A stretch of DNA of 49,391 nt, from contig NC_068996.1 of the NCBI RefSeq assembly GCF_001194135.2, positions 12,750,535 to 12,799,925 of the forward strand, read 5' to 3'. Source of the DNA: Octopus bimaculoides (lineage: Eukaryota). Below are positions 21,899 to 36,601 of this stretch, one piece after another (position 1 is the stretch's first letter; the number at the start of each line of letters is the position of its first letter). A program made the position numbers and the translations under genes. The notes beneath the pieces were generated by a model. That model had not been told where the DNA came from. It did not search any database and was given only the letters and a program-made list of their open reading frames with translations.

Positions 21899-22746
21899 CT
21901 ATACCAGAACACTAGCATATGTCATAACCATTATGAAACCCTTGTGATCTATATTCCTGTAGCAACTCAACCTTTATGTTTAAAACTATGTAAATGTCAT
22001 CATCTGATCTGATACCAGTTATTTGCCCGTTTATATACTATTAATCTAATATACACATACCTGTTCGATTGATAGACCACCTATAGCCAATTGTCGTTAG
22101 GCAGCTATGAAATCCTTGTCTTTTTAGTTGCAGTTCAAGTTGGAGTTTAGGCAGCAAGTCAACCTGAGCACTAATAGTGTATATACCTAACTTAATACCT
22201 GAATTTTACAAATTTATATATATGTGTATATATATGTATCTAATATGTACGTATATGTATATATATATATAAATATATATATATACATATGTACATATAT
22301 ATGTAATATATACATGTGTATTTAATATATATGTAATATATATATGTGTATATAATATATATGTATATGCATATATAAAATACATATATATGTATGTATA
22401 TATACAGACAGAATGCTAGAGAATACTAGAGTGAAAGAATGTGAGAGTGAAAAGAAAAAGCAGAGAGAATGAATCACATAGAATTGGTCTTAACACTGCT
22501 GCTTCTGCTTTTACAAAACTTACAATCTTATACACATTCTTATACACACGTGTGCACACACGCACGCACACATGCATGCACACATACATGTATACATACA
22601 CGCATGCACATACACACAAACAAACATTCGCACACAAGCATATTTATGTATATTCATCTAGGTGTGTGTGTGTACATAAGTATGTGTTTGTGTGTGTGTG
22701 AATACATATATGTATACTAATATGTATGCATACATATATACACACA

Positions 22747-22798
<52 letters not shown>

Positions 22799-23196
22799 NN
22801 NNNNNNNNNNNNNNNNNNNNNNNNNNNNNNNNNNNNNNNNNNNNNNNNNNNNNNNNNNNNNNNNNNNNNNNNNNNNNNNNNNNNNNNNNNNNNNNNNNNN
22901 NNNNNNNNNNNNNNNNNNNNNNNNNNNNNNNNNNNNNNNNNNNNNNNNNNNNNNNNNNNNNNNNNNNNNNNNNNNNNNNNNNNNNNNNNNNNNNNNNNNN
23001 NNNNNNNNNNNNNNNNNNNNNNNNNNNNNNNNNNNNNNNNNNNNNNNNNNNNNNNNNNNNNNNNNNNNNNNNNNNNNNNNNNNNNNNNNNNNNNNNNNNN
23101 NNNNNNNNNNNNNNNNNNNNNNNNNNNNNNNNNNNNNNNNNNNNNNNNNNNNNNNNNNNNNNNNNNNNNNNNNNNNNNNNNNNNNNNNNNNNNNNN

Positions 23197-23228
<32 letters not shown>

Positions 23229-23708
23229 AATGATGTATATATGTGTGCATGTGTGTATGTATATAGACACTCGGTAGTATTTTTTTTATTTTTTTTCTCT
23301 CTCTCTCTTTTCAACATTTAGTTTTTGGATGAGAAACTATTTGATAATTTTTACCAGTATTTTACGACAAATATCTGTGTGTAAATATATATATATATAT
23401 ATGTGTATGTCTATGTTTTATGTGTGCATAATTTGTTTGTTTTTTTTTCATGTGTATCATGGGGCATGTATGTCTGTGTGTGTGTGTGTGTTAGTGTGTA
23501 TTTGCACGCATATATAGACTAATTATACACGTGTGTATATATATATGTTTATACATGTATACATATTCACACACACACACACAGATGTATGTATATAAGT
23601 GTGATTATATATATATGTATATATATATACATGTGTGTGTATGTTTTTTATGTTTGTTTTCAAAATTAAATAGGCTTCATTGTTTTAAATTTAGTATGTG
23701 TGTGTATG

Positions 23709-23751
<43 letters not shown>

Positions 23752-24381
23752 GTATGTATATACACATATATATAATTATACAAAAAACATACAGATATAT
23801 ATATATATATATATGTATACACACAGGCAATGCACAACACACACACCTACACACACACACATATATATATAGGTAGCTATTTAGATAGATAGTTACATTT
23901 CAGACAATAACTTTGTGACTCTATGTATCGTACACACTGTTCTTATTAGCAGATGTTTTCTTGCAGCGATTTGTACATTCTGTAGGCAAATGTTATTTTT
24001 CCAAGGGGGATTTTTTTTTCTTGTTTTGTTTGTTTGTATTTTCTGTATAATCATATGTATAGGCATATGTGTAGGCGAATGTATAAATGTATGATCATAA
24101 AGAGGAGCTGACAAGCGATATATGGATAGCTTGGCTAAAGCTGTCCTACAGACCCGTCCAAAACCCATGTCGTCATGGAATTGAAGGACGTTAAATAAAA
24201 TTTAAAAAAACAAAAAAAAAACAAAGAAAAAAAAGAAAATACACCATTCAAGAATGGTATTGGTGAAGGTAGTGGCAGAGATGGTGGTGATTTAGTTGTT
24301 GTTGTTGCTGTTGTAACAGTAGTAGAGGTGATGGTGTTGGTGGCATTGACGACGATAATAATGATAGTGATGATGATGGTA

Positions 24382-24414
<33 letters not shown>

Positions 24415-24461
24415 GTGATAATGACGATGATGGTGGTGGTGATGGTGATTGTTGTTTAATG

Positions 24462-24495
<34 letters not shown>

Positions 24496-25023
24496 AAGAA
24501 GATAGATATTGGTATTTAGATGAATTACTTATTTAGCACTCACAATGAACAAATTCATACACACACATGCACACACAGAGACACACACACACACACAGAA
24601 TTAATATACTTCTTTGTATTGTATGTATTGACGTAAATTAATCCCAGAGAAGAAAAAAAAAATTGTCTTCATAGATTATAATATGAGAAAATAGAATTGA
24701 GTCATGTTTTAAATAATTTTGTATCACACTTCACTAAATGTTCTAACACTTCGCATCAGCATTTTCATCATTGCTACAATCATCACCATCATCATTGTCA
24801 TTGTCTTCTTCCTCCTTCTCATAATCATCATCATCAACATCATCATCACTGCAATTATTATTTTTCTCACCATCGTCTTCATTATCGTTATCATCATCAA
24901 CATCGTTATCATCATCATAGTCATATTTTTTAAATAAAAGTTTGTTGAATGTTGGAGACTAGAGTGACAATCAGCTTTAGGGTTTCTTTTTTTAATAACC
25001 CCTGCCCTGCTCCTTTTTATCTC

Positions 25024-25059
<36 letters not shown>

Positions 25060-25260
25060 TATTGTTGTTGTTGCTGTTATTGTTACATATAACAATTGTT
25101 AACATAAAAATTACATTGATTATCAAATATCATTGTTATTACTATTATTGAAAGCTGAATTAATTATGTCTTACTTAAATATCACTTTTCTTTTTCATTT
25201 TCTCTTTTTTTATTATTTTACTTTTTTACAAATTTTATATGTTTCAGTAGTGTCAAATTA

Positions 25261-25294
<34 letters not shown>

Positions 25295-25574
25295 ATGTTT
25301 TCACTGCACATCTCAGTCTCATGTATGTACACCCTGGGTATGTGCAGTGTTTTGGCTTGGTTTTCTATTTTTTATTGTATTTTAATATTATCCATATCAC
25401 AGACAGATCTTGTGCGTCGTTATTATTGTCATTTATTCAAATTATGCCGAGGTCAACTTTACCTTTCATCCTTTTGGGGGTCGATGAAATAAGTACCAGT
25501 TAAACACTGGGGTCGATTACATCGACTTATTCCCCCAGCCCCGAAATTGCTGGCCTTGTGCCAAAATTTGAAAC

Positions 25575-25643
<69 letters not shown>

Positions 25644-26895
25644 CANNNNNNNNNNTCATTATTATTATTATTATTGTCTTTTTGTTATCATCATTATCAT
25701 CATTGTTATCATCAACTCCATCACCACCACAATCATCATTTACTCCTCTTCACTCTTATTATCATTATTATTATTAACATTATTATTATTATTATTATTG
25801 TCATCATCGTCTTCATCATTATCATTGCAGTCTTGCCCTTGGCTACTTGCTGGTCTTAAAATAGAGTCCTAAGTCTATTTGCTCGCTGCCTTAGCATATC
25901 TTTAAACCCTTCCTCAGAATTGTTGCAATTTCATATTTAAAAAGGAGAAAAAAAAATCCTNNNNNNNNNNNNNNNNNNNNNNNNNNNNNNNNNNNNNNNN
26001 NNNNNNNNNNNNNNNNNNNNNNNNNNNNNNNNNNNNNNNNNNNNNNNNNNNNNNNNNNNNNNNNNNNNNNNNNNNNNNNNNNNNNNNNNNNNNNNNNNNN
26101 NNNNNNNNNNNNNNNNNNNNNNNNNNNNNNNNNNNNNNNNNNNNNNNNNNNNNNNNNNNNNNNNNNNNNNNNNNNNNNNNNATATATATATATATATATA
26201 TATATATAGCCGATTATTATTTTTAAACAATTATTATTATTATTATTATTATTACTACTACTACTACTACTACTACTATACTACTACTACTTTAATAACC
26301 ATTAAAGCATTTTTACAATCATGCTCCTTGTCATCACTTTCATCTCTACCATTGCTAAAGACTAGTGTTTATTTCACTAATATAGTGCTTTTTGAAATAA
26401 TTTTATCATTGCTTATCCCTCTCTACTTTTCATTATCTCCATTCTTTCCCTTTTTCTCTCTCTCTCTCTCTCTCTCTCATGTTCTATTTCTCACTTTCTT
26501 AATCTCTTCTTATAAATGTTAGAAGCTATTATTAAAATTTAACCACATTTTAGAAATCATCACTGTATGCATACATAAGTGTATGTGTATATATGTATAT
26601 ATATATACACATGCGCATGCGTGCGCATACACCCACACACACACACTTATATGTTATAGACATGAGTAGCCCACAGAAACATCCAGATGTCCTGGAAGGG
26701 CTATATAAAGTAAATATATGCATATTTTGTTTCTATGAGTATATCTGAAATTCATTTGACCCATTTCATTATTATACCTTGACTATGGTCATAGCTCCAA
26801 GTAAATTCTACATGATTGTAGAGCACTCTCAGTGCGTAAAAGCTTTGATTAGATGAATATTAAGATGTGCCTTGTGAGGTTCATGGGTGTCTAGC

Positions 26896-26929
<34 letters not shown>

Positions 26930-27913
26930 TCTTTCCATTCTAACTGGTGACAAACATAATCATTCACAAAGAACTACTAAATAAATTGGTGATGATGATG
27001 ATGATGATAATGATGATGGTAATGATGATGATGATGATGACAGTGAAGGGTAGAAGAAAGAAGGAATATCTCAGCTCCTTTATAATTTTTATTTATTTAT
27101 TTATTTAATTTTTTCAAAATACAACAAATAGGGAAACAACAGATGGATACCATCACCAAGTAATTATGAGAAAAATTGGAATCCCTTTCAATTAAATCCT
27201 TCCCATCCCCTCTTTTTTTTTTCTTTTAATAATGTAATATAATTTATATCCATGCTAGCAAAATATTTTCTTTATCCTTGTTGGAATCAGTTGATTCTTT
27301 GAATGTTTGTAGTCTATGATGATGGCAATCATTATTCATAATCATTATGCGGTTGATAATGATGATGATAGTGATGATCATGATGAATTATAGTTGAGCA
27401 AAATTATACTGCTTCATAAGGGCAATTTTTGGCTATTTTTACTGATGGTGTATTTGTCATTGTTATTGGTGATGGTAGTGGTGGCAGTGGTGGTGTTTAA
27501 TGCTAGATTGAGCAAGCATTTGTTCAAGGCCATTCTTTTCATCATTCACCATCCTCTCAGCATATCATATGTATATATATATATATATATGCATGTGTAA
27601 AATCAGGGACTAAATTGACCAATGTTTACCTTTGTCTACCCCACACTTTTTCTTCTTTCTATTTTAATTGATCCGCAGGATATATTTGGCTGCTATTTCT
27701 AGCTGTTCAAGGTACCACATGAGGGGTTCCTTTGTGAAATATATCTGTCATCATTTGGAGGTTTGAGGGTAGGGTACCAGAAAGAGAGAGAGAGAGAGAG
27801 GGGGGAAGTATTGTGTTTGTATTTGAACACAAGAGGACAAAGCTTTAATACTTGTTTTTCAAAGGCTTTAATCCTAAAATAAATCAGCCTTACTGTTGTT
27901 AAAATAATTAAAT

Positions 27914-28091
27914 AGGCATAGGAGTGGCTGTGTGGTAAGTAGCTTGCTTACCAACCACATGGTTCTGGGTTCTGTCCCACTGCGTGGCACCTTGGGCAAG
28001 TGCCTTCTACTATAGCCTCAGGCCGACCAAAGCCTTGTGAGTGGATTTGGTAGACGGAAACTGAAAGAAGCCCGTCGTATATATGTATATG

Positions 28092-28144
<53 letters not shown>

Positions 28145-28338
28145 CTATGTTTGTCCCCCTAGCATTGCTTGACAACCATTGGTGGTGTGTTTACGTCCCC
28201 GTAACTTAGTGGTTCGGCAAACAAGACCGATAGCATAAGTACTAGGCTTACAAAGAATAAGTCCTGGGGTCGATTTGCTCGACTAAAGGCGGTGCTCCAG
28301 CATGGCCGCAGTCAAATGACTGAAACAAGTAAAAGAGT
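27914..28338 (+). mobile_element. SINE family A, full length
   Basis: Complete head to tail. Confidence 0.9.
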
Positions 28339-31300
28339 ATGTGTATTTGAGCATCATGTTGAACTCTGCCCCCTCCTCCTCCTACAAATGTTGATAAATT
28401 TGGGGTATTTAATCTTTGGCTCTTGAATTCAAAGTTCTTACTGGAACTAAAAAATAATAAAAAAAAATAACAAAGAATTAGAACAAACATTACACTCATT
28501 TTCTAATGTTGTTTTGTTGTTGATGTTATTATTGGTATCATTATTGTTATTATTATTCGGAGAGTTGAGGCAGCAGACTGACAGAATCATTAGCATGCTG
28601 GGCAAAATGCTTAGTGGCATTTCGTCTGTTCAAATTCTGTTTTTCATCCTTTTGGGGGGTCAATGGAATAAGTAGCAGTTGAGCATTGGTGTTGATGTAA
28701 TTGACTTACCCACTATACTGAAATTGTTGGTCTTGTTCCAAAATTTGAAACCATTATTATTTGGAGAGTTGGCAGGAATAGCACAGTACCAGATTAAATA
28801 CTTTTACAATATTTAGTTTTGACCCTCCACTTCATGAGTTAAAACCCTGTATATAAGTGTGGAGGTTTTTATTATTTACAAAGGCTAATATAAAAATAAA
28901 TAGCAGGTAATATAATAAAATACACTAGTGGATAAGGGCAATTTTAGCTCAATCAGCCATACCCGCCACATATTCTAATAACTTAATGAAGAAAAAAAAT
29001 GCTCATTAAACACTGAGTTGGTAGAATGATTCTTAGACTAAAATTGCCTTACCATTTTTTTTGTTTTTGTTTTGTCCACCACTTCCTACATTCTTGGTTC
29101 AAATCTTGCCACCAGAGATAAAACTTTGCCTTTCTATTGTTCAAGTTGATATAATTAGTATCAGTTATCTACTGAGGGAGTAGCCTTGGTTGTAAGAGAA
29201 AGCAGTTCAATCAGCAATTTGCTTCTAGCAAATATATAAAAAAAAAAGGAAATGAAAATCATTGTTAATGTCATTACTAAGGACAGTAAGCTGACAGAAT
29301 TGTTAATGTATCAGATAAAATGTGTTATTTATTATTAGTTAGTTATAGTATTCTACATTCTGAGTCAAATCCCATCAAGTTTAATTTTGATTTTTAATAC
29401 TTTTGAGGTCTATAAAATAAAGAACCAGTCAAGTACTGGAGTTGATATTTTTTATTATACTGCTCCTTCAAATTTGGGACCTTGTGCCTATGTTAGAAAT
29501 TACTATTATTATCATTATCATTATTATGATTATTATTGTTGTTGTTGTTGTTGTTATAATTATTCTCATCATCATCATGATCATCATCAGTAACCATCTT
29601 ACACCGACACCACCACTATCACCACCATCTGGTCTTTGAGTACCTGTATCAGAATCTACTCTGTTGCAGCCATTCATCAGATCTTTGGTTTGAGAATAAT
29701 TTCTTTCCTCTCTTCTTACCATTCTTGGAGCTCTTACATTTAATAAAGACATGGTATTCTATCAATTGCAATCATTCTTCATTCACTTTCATTCAACGAC
29801 AGTAATCTGCCACCATTGTTGTTAGTGCCAGGTCAAACCTGTCAAGTACTACACAATGATCAAAGACTTTCCAGCTATGGCCACCCTGTCATTTTTTTTT
29901 TTTTATATCAGGGACTACATTATTCTATATATCTTTATTTAAGACAGTAGGCTGTGATTTGACAGCAATTTAGCTGTTATTTCAAACAGGTCTAATCACC
30001 ATGTAAGTTTTGCTCCCTTGTTGATTTGTATGGTATAATTCCCTTGTCTTTCTTTGGTGAAGTTTAGGGAGCATTCAGGGTCACCTTTTTGTTTATTGAT
30101 GTTAATGCATAACACCTGTATAAAGACTATCCATCAGCAACAACATTTACTGACTAAAGAATTACCAATCAATAAGTTTAAGAATTATTTCTTCATCTCT
30201 CATACCTGACAGTATCACTCATATTTACACTATGTATGAAGTGTAGCCAGAGTAATTCTCTCTGTCTTTGCCACTTAATATCTCTCTTACCATTTATGGC
30301 ACCTCTTAACACAAGCAGATACAGTTTGGGTAAATCTAGTGACAACTCAATATCTCTCTCACGTTTTACAGCACCTCTCACACTCGATCATGTGCAGTTT
30401 GAATAAATCTAGTTTTTTATTAGTATCTCTCACACTTAATAGCACCACTCACACTTAACACTACCACTCACACAACAGTGGCACTCACACTTGACAGCGT
30501 TACTATACTCATCCATCAGCTGATATTAGTGTAGGTGAGTGAATGTAGCAGTAGCTCCAGTAGTCTTGTTGATTACTCCTGGAATGTAGCAAATAAAAAC
30601 AATTTGAATGAGTATCTATCAGGCAGTGAATTGGCAGAATCATTAGAGAGTATTTGTTTCTGTTCTCTGCTCTCTGAGTTCAAATCCCACCACAGTCAAC
30701 TTTGCTTTTCATTCTTTCAGGGTCAATAAAAGAACCTGTTCAGGGCATTGATTTGATGAAATTGTTAATGCATTGGATGAAATACCTTGTGCTATCGGTT
30801 TTAGCTTTTTACATCCTGAATTCTTTGATGGCAAATTTAATCCATCACCCAGTTTAACACCACTATTTGACATCTTGGGGTGCCTTTAGCAGTGACCACA
30901 TCTCTGGTTTAACAATAACTTCCTCCCTTTTTAACTAATAATGTCATAGACCATGATAATATAAAGGGGCCATAGGCACTGATCTTCAATCTCCAAGTGG
31001 TAAAAGTTAAGAATTGGGTTTGGACTTGTTGATAGTGTGAGGAGAGTTGCCAGGATTTATTAATGGATACTAATCAATCCTAAACATGTAAAGACAATAT
31101 CATTTAGGTTTCTCAGTTGTCACCATCACCAACATGACTATCATCATTGTTATCATAATTAGTACGATGAGTGCCAGTGAATGTAGTTAATTAACTTTGA
31201 TAGATGTTTTATAATAATTAGATTTGGTGCTTGAAATTTTCTGAACTCATTTCAGTATGGGCTTGACTTTACAGTTCCAAAGTCAGACAAATACACCAGT

Positions 31301-32310
31301 TATACACTGGGGTTAAATCATTTGATTAAACAACTGTTTCTCCGTTACTAAGTAAAATTCTTTCTATGAAATCCTTCTCTTCCTCCTCATCCTCTTTCAT
31401 TTAAAAAAAAAAAAAAATGTTTCATTTATTTATTTTCATTGGAACCGCAGGAATGGTATTTATTATCAGCATTGCAGCAGTGCTAAATTAAATACCTTAC
31501 ATTATTTTACTTTTGTCCCTCTGTGTTCTGAGTTTAAATCCTGCCATTGGCAACTTGTTATCTTTCATGCCTCTTATGAACATCAAAATAACTACAAATC
31601 AAATACTGGGATCAAGTGGATCAGTTCAACCAATCATTGCCATTTCCTATTAATTTGTTGTCTTGTGGCAATGTACAATACCAGTACCACCACCATCATC
31701 ATCATCATCATCATTATCATCACCATCATCATTGTCGTCGTTGTCATCGTCATTGCTGTTGTAGCTGTTAAGGGTGGTGGATTGGCAGAATCATTAGAAT
31801 GCTGGACAAAATGCCTTGCTACATTTTGTTCTGATACTTTACATTCTAAGATCAAATCCTAACAAGGTCAGCTTTGCCTTTCATCTTTTAGGGGCTAATA
31901 TCACAAAGTACCAGACAAGCACTGGGGCTGATGATATCAATTAACCACAGTTCCCAAATTTCAGGTTTTCTGCCTGTATTAGAAACAATCATCATTATTA
32001 TTATTATTATTATTAGTTTTTGTTGTTTTTTTTTAATGAATTACAACACTTAAGCAAGAGTCCTAAGAGTCTTGCTTTTATGAAAGTGTCTCTGGTATTT
32101 TTCATTTTGAATAAATGGTATGAATTTTATTTATTTATTTATTTATTTACTGCAATTTCTCCAGTAAACAAAACTTTTTTTTTTTAAACCTGGGTTTAAA
32201 AATTTTAATCGAAGTAATCATTACCATGACTACCAATCATCATTATCATCGCCATCAAAATCATCATCATGATTTATAATAATAATGATAATAATGAAAA
32301 TAGTAATATA

Positions 32311-32343
<33 letters not shown>

Positions 32344-33024
32344 TGATGATGATAATGATGACAATGATGATAATAATAATAATAATAATAATAAATATTA
32401 TTCATTGATTGTCATCATGAACATTTATCACTGCAATCATCCTTTTCATCATCAAAATCCTCTTCATTGTTATTTGCATCCTCATCATTATTGTTATTAT
32501 AATAATTATTATTATTGTTGTTGTTATTGTTGTTATTGTTGTTGTTAATTGATAATTTCAACAATATACAGTTTGCCTAGTTTGATCTGGGAAAGGTAAA
32601 CTTTATGCAAAAAATAAATAAATAAATATAAAAATTTTCAAAATAAAAAAAAAATATATAAAATTTTAAAATAATAAAAAAAAAACACCGAACGGAGAAA
32701 GAAAAGAATAAATAAATGATTAAATAATTGTTTTTTCTCAAAAAAAAAAGAAAAAAAACAAAAGCAACAAACAATAGAGAGAAAAAAAGACATTGAAACT
32801 TATTAACAAATGGTTTAAGTTTTTCCCTAATTGTTATTCACTATTTTGCTATTCCGTCCTCTCTTTCTCTTCCTCTTCTTTCTCCTCCTCCTCTCTTTTT
32901 CTTCTTCATCAGCTTCATCATCACTATCATCATCATCATCATCATCTTCTTCTTCTTCTTCTTCTTCTTCTTCTTCTTCTTCTTCTTCTCATTATTATTA
33001 TTATTATTATTGTTATTATTATTA

Positions 33025-33739
33025 AGGTGGTGAGCTGGCAGAATTGGTAGCATACTGGGTGAAATTGCTTAGTGGTATTTCACCCGTCGTTACATTCTGG
33101 GTTCAAATTCTGCCGAGGTCAACTTCACCTTTCATCCTTTTAGGATCAATAAATTAAGTACCAGTAATACACTGGTGTTGATGTAATAGACTGGTCCCAT
33201 CCCATTAAATTTCAGGCATTGTACCTTTAGTAATAAGGATTATTATTATTACTGTAAGGCAAACTGGCAGGGCCGTTAAGCATGCTGTGCAAAATGCCTA
33301 GTGATATTTTGTCCATCCTTACATTTTGAATTCAAATTCTGCTAAGGTTGACTTTTCCTTTCAGGTTGATAAAATAAGTACCTATTAAACACTGGGGTCA
33401 ATGTAACTGACTTAACCTTTACCCCAAAATTGCTGGCCTTGTGCAAAAGTTTGAAACCATTATTATAATAATAATTGTTCTTATTGAGGTGGCTAGCTGG
33501 CAAAATTGTTAGCATAGAGGAAAAAACACCAGGTGGCATTTCTTCTAATTTGTATTTAAGGTGGGGAACTGGCAGAATTGGTACTGTGGCAGACAAAATG
33601 CTTAGCAGTATTTTGCTGATTTTTACATTCTGAGTTCAAATCTCACTGAGGTAGACTTTGCCTTCCATCATTTTGGGGTTGATGTAATTGACTTGTGCCC
33701 TCCTCCCAAATTTCTGGCTTTGTGCCTATAGTAGAAAAG

Positions 33740-33784
<45 letters not shown>

Positions 33785-33998
33785 AAGGTGGCAAGCTGGC
33801 CGAAACGTTAGCATGCTGGACGAAATGCTTAGCAGTATTTCATGTCTTTATGTTCTGAGTTTCAAATGCTACCAAAGTTGACTTTGCTTTTCATTCTTTT
33901 GGGGTCAATGAAATAAATACTAGTTAAGCACTGGGGTCGATGTAAGCAACTTACCTCTGAATAACTGGCTCCCCCTAAATAACTGGCTGTGTGCCAAA

Positions 33999-34056
<58 letters not shown>

Positions 34057-35240
34057 GAGGTAGTAAGCTGGTAGAAAAGTTAGACCATTAGGAAAATGCC
34101 TAGGGTTTTTTCTTCTGGCTTTTTATGTTCTGAGTTCAAATCTGATTGAGGTCAACTTTGCTTTTTATTTTTCTGGGGTCAGTGTAATGGACTTGCCCAC
34201 TCACCTCTAAAGTTGCTGACATTGTGTCAAAATTTGAAAGAATTCTTCTTCTTCTTCTCAATATATTATTATTATTATTATTAAGGTGGTAAGCCTGCAG
34301 AATCATTAGCATGCCAGGCAAAATACTTAGCATTTTGCTTATCTTTACATTCAGAGTTCAAATTGCACCGAGGTTGACTTTGCCTTTCATCCTTTCGGGG
34401 TCGATAAATTAAGTACCAGTTATGCACTGGAGTCAATGTAATTGACTTACCCATTCCCTACAACTTGCTGGCCTTGTGCCAAAATTTTAAGTCATTATTA
34501 TTATCATTATTATTATTATTATTATTATTATTCTCATTCTCCTTCTTTTCTTCCGCTTCTTCTTTCTTCTCCACTGACACGTTTAGCAAACATAGCAAAT
34601 TCTACAAATTCATCCACTTCACCAAGACAACCTTCCCACCCCAACGAACCTACCTCCATGCAGGTGAGTTAATCAAAATGATCTCCATTAGCTGCTGCTA
34701 CTACTATACTACTATTACAACCACCACTCTTACAACCAATACCACCACTACTACCGCTATTATTACTGTTGTTATTATTATTATTATTATTGTAATAGAG
34801 GATGACAAGCTGGCAGAATCGTTAGCTCACCGAGCAGAATGCTTGGCTGCATTCCATCCCTATTTACATTCTGATTTCAAATCCCACCAAGTTTGACTTT
34901 GCCTTTAATCCTTTCAGGGTTGGTAAAATAGTATCAGTCAACCATTGGGGTTGACTTAAACCCCTCCCCTTAAATTGCTAACCTTGTGTCAAAATTTGGA
35001 GGCATAATTATTATATAAGATGGTGAGTTGGTAGAACTATTAAAGCATCAGACAAAATGTGAGCATTGAAGCATTTCCCGTTATGCTCGGAGTTCAAATC
35101 CCACCAAGTGAACTTTGGCTTTCATCCATCTGGAGCTGATAAAATAAAGCACCAGTCATACACTAGGGTTGGTTATATTGACTAACCTTAACCCCTCAAG
35201 ATTGGTTGTCTTGTCTTTAAATTAAAAATAGTTGTTATTA
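33025..35240 (+). mobile_element. Head-to-tail array of about 8-9 tRNA-derived SINEs (family B) separated by (TAT)n; further + copies at about 195-415, 25430-25575, 28560-28753, 30620-30740, 31770-31990 and 44690-44916
   Basis: Recurrent AAGGTGGTGAGCTGGCAGAA...TTCTGAGTTCAAATT...GAGGTYGACTTTGCCTTTCATCCTTT...CTGGCCTTGTGCCAAAATTTGAAACC-(ATT)n. Confidence 0.9.
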
Positions 35241-35372
35241 TTATGAACTAAGTATGATAAATTTTTAGAATTGAGAGAGAGAGAACATAAAATGTTGCAA
35301 TGATGCTCCTTTACATTCTAAGTTCAAATCTTGCTTCGATCTCAACTTTATGAAATGAGTGTGAAACATTAA

Positions 35373-35577
35373 CCCTTAAGCATTTAAACTGGCCATATCA
35401 AGTTCAAATATTCTACTAGTTTTATATTCAAACTGGCCAGATTCATCCTTTCACACATACCTTACAATATCACTCTAAAAATAAAGTCACATCATCAAAA
35501 TCTCAAAGCTATGACATAATACATAATTAATTCCAAACAAGCATTACATTTGACAGAGTCATCTAGATACTGGACAG
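35373..35577 (+). mobile_element. piggyBac-like MITE, diverged copy
   Basis: TTAA|CCCTTAAGCATTTAAACTGGCC...CATTACATTTGACAGAGT...|TTAA. Confidence 0.75.
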
Positions 35578-36343
35578 TTAAACGCAATGATTTATTTAAT
35601 TGGTGTTATTTAATTACTATTATGCCTTCATCTAAGTTTCATATACAATAGGTTCTTTTAGTTTCTTTCAACCAAACCCACTCACTTGCCATGCATTGAG
35701 ATTGAACCTGAAACCCTGTGGTTGTAAGGAAACTTCTCAACTGCATAACTATGCATAGCCATTCAAAATCATTGCACTTTCAATTAAAAGAATAAAAAGA
35801 AATAGAGAATAAAAAACGATTTCATGTAAAAGGTGTCAATACTGCATCTTCATTTAAACTTTTTTTTCCTAAATTAAAGTTATTTTCTATCTATTTGATG
35901 AAAAATTAATAATGTTAGCAACATTAATTTCTATAATTTAGTGGTGAATGTGGTAGTGGTTGGTGATGGTGGTGGCAGTAAGTTCTCGTTAAACCATGTC
36001 CAGAACCTGGTTTCAATTTACAGTCAAAACACCAAATATTACGTTGCTAAATAATTCTTGGGAAATACTTGAACATCAAAACTCCCCCCCCCCCTGCTCA
36101 CACACACATACTCTCTTTCCCTTTGTCTTTATCCCTCACACACACACTTACACATACATTCTGTCTTTCTCTACCATGAACCCACAACTTCACATCTGGT
36201 TAAGCAAAAGAAATCACCATCATAATCATTACACCGTTGTTATGATTATTCTGACTAAAATCATCACTATCGTCATCATCATCATCATCATTGCCATTAT
36301 TATTATTATTATTGTCATCGTCTCATTATCATTTTCATTAATT

Positions 36344-36391
<48 letters not shown>

Positions 36392-36548
36392 GTTAGAAAA
36401 TTCCAAATCATTCATGTGTGTGATAGCTTATTTTATATATTATTTTATAATATATTTATTTATGTTATTCCTCAATGATATATGCAGTAGCAGGTAAACA
36501 CACTTTTATATCTTGGAACCATCTGTTTTATTCATGTGTATATGTATG

Positions 36549-36601
<53 letters not shown>

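Noticed and set aside
30270-30510. Degenerate ~18-bp CACTCACACTT-type repeats
   Set aside because: Decayed low-complexity minisatellite with no further structure evident.
32580-32790. Irregular A-rich stretch (similar noise at 38600-38900)
   Set aside because: Looks like low-quality read ends next to microsatellites rather than a biological feature.
33025-35240. CRISPR-like or satellite interpretation of the periodic array
   Set aside because: Units are diverged SINEs separated by (TAT)n in eukaryotic DNA; no constant repeat-spacer structure and no cas genes.
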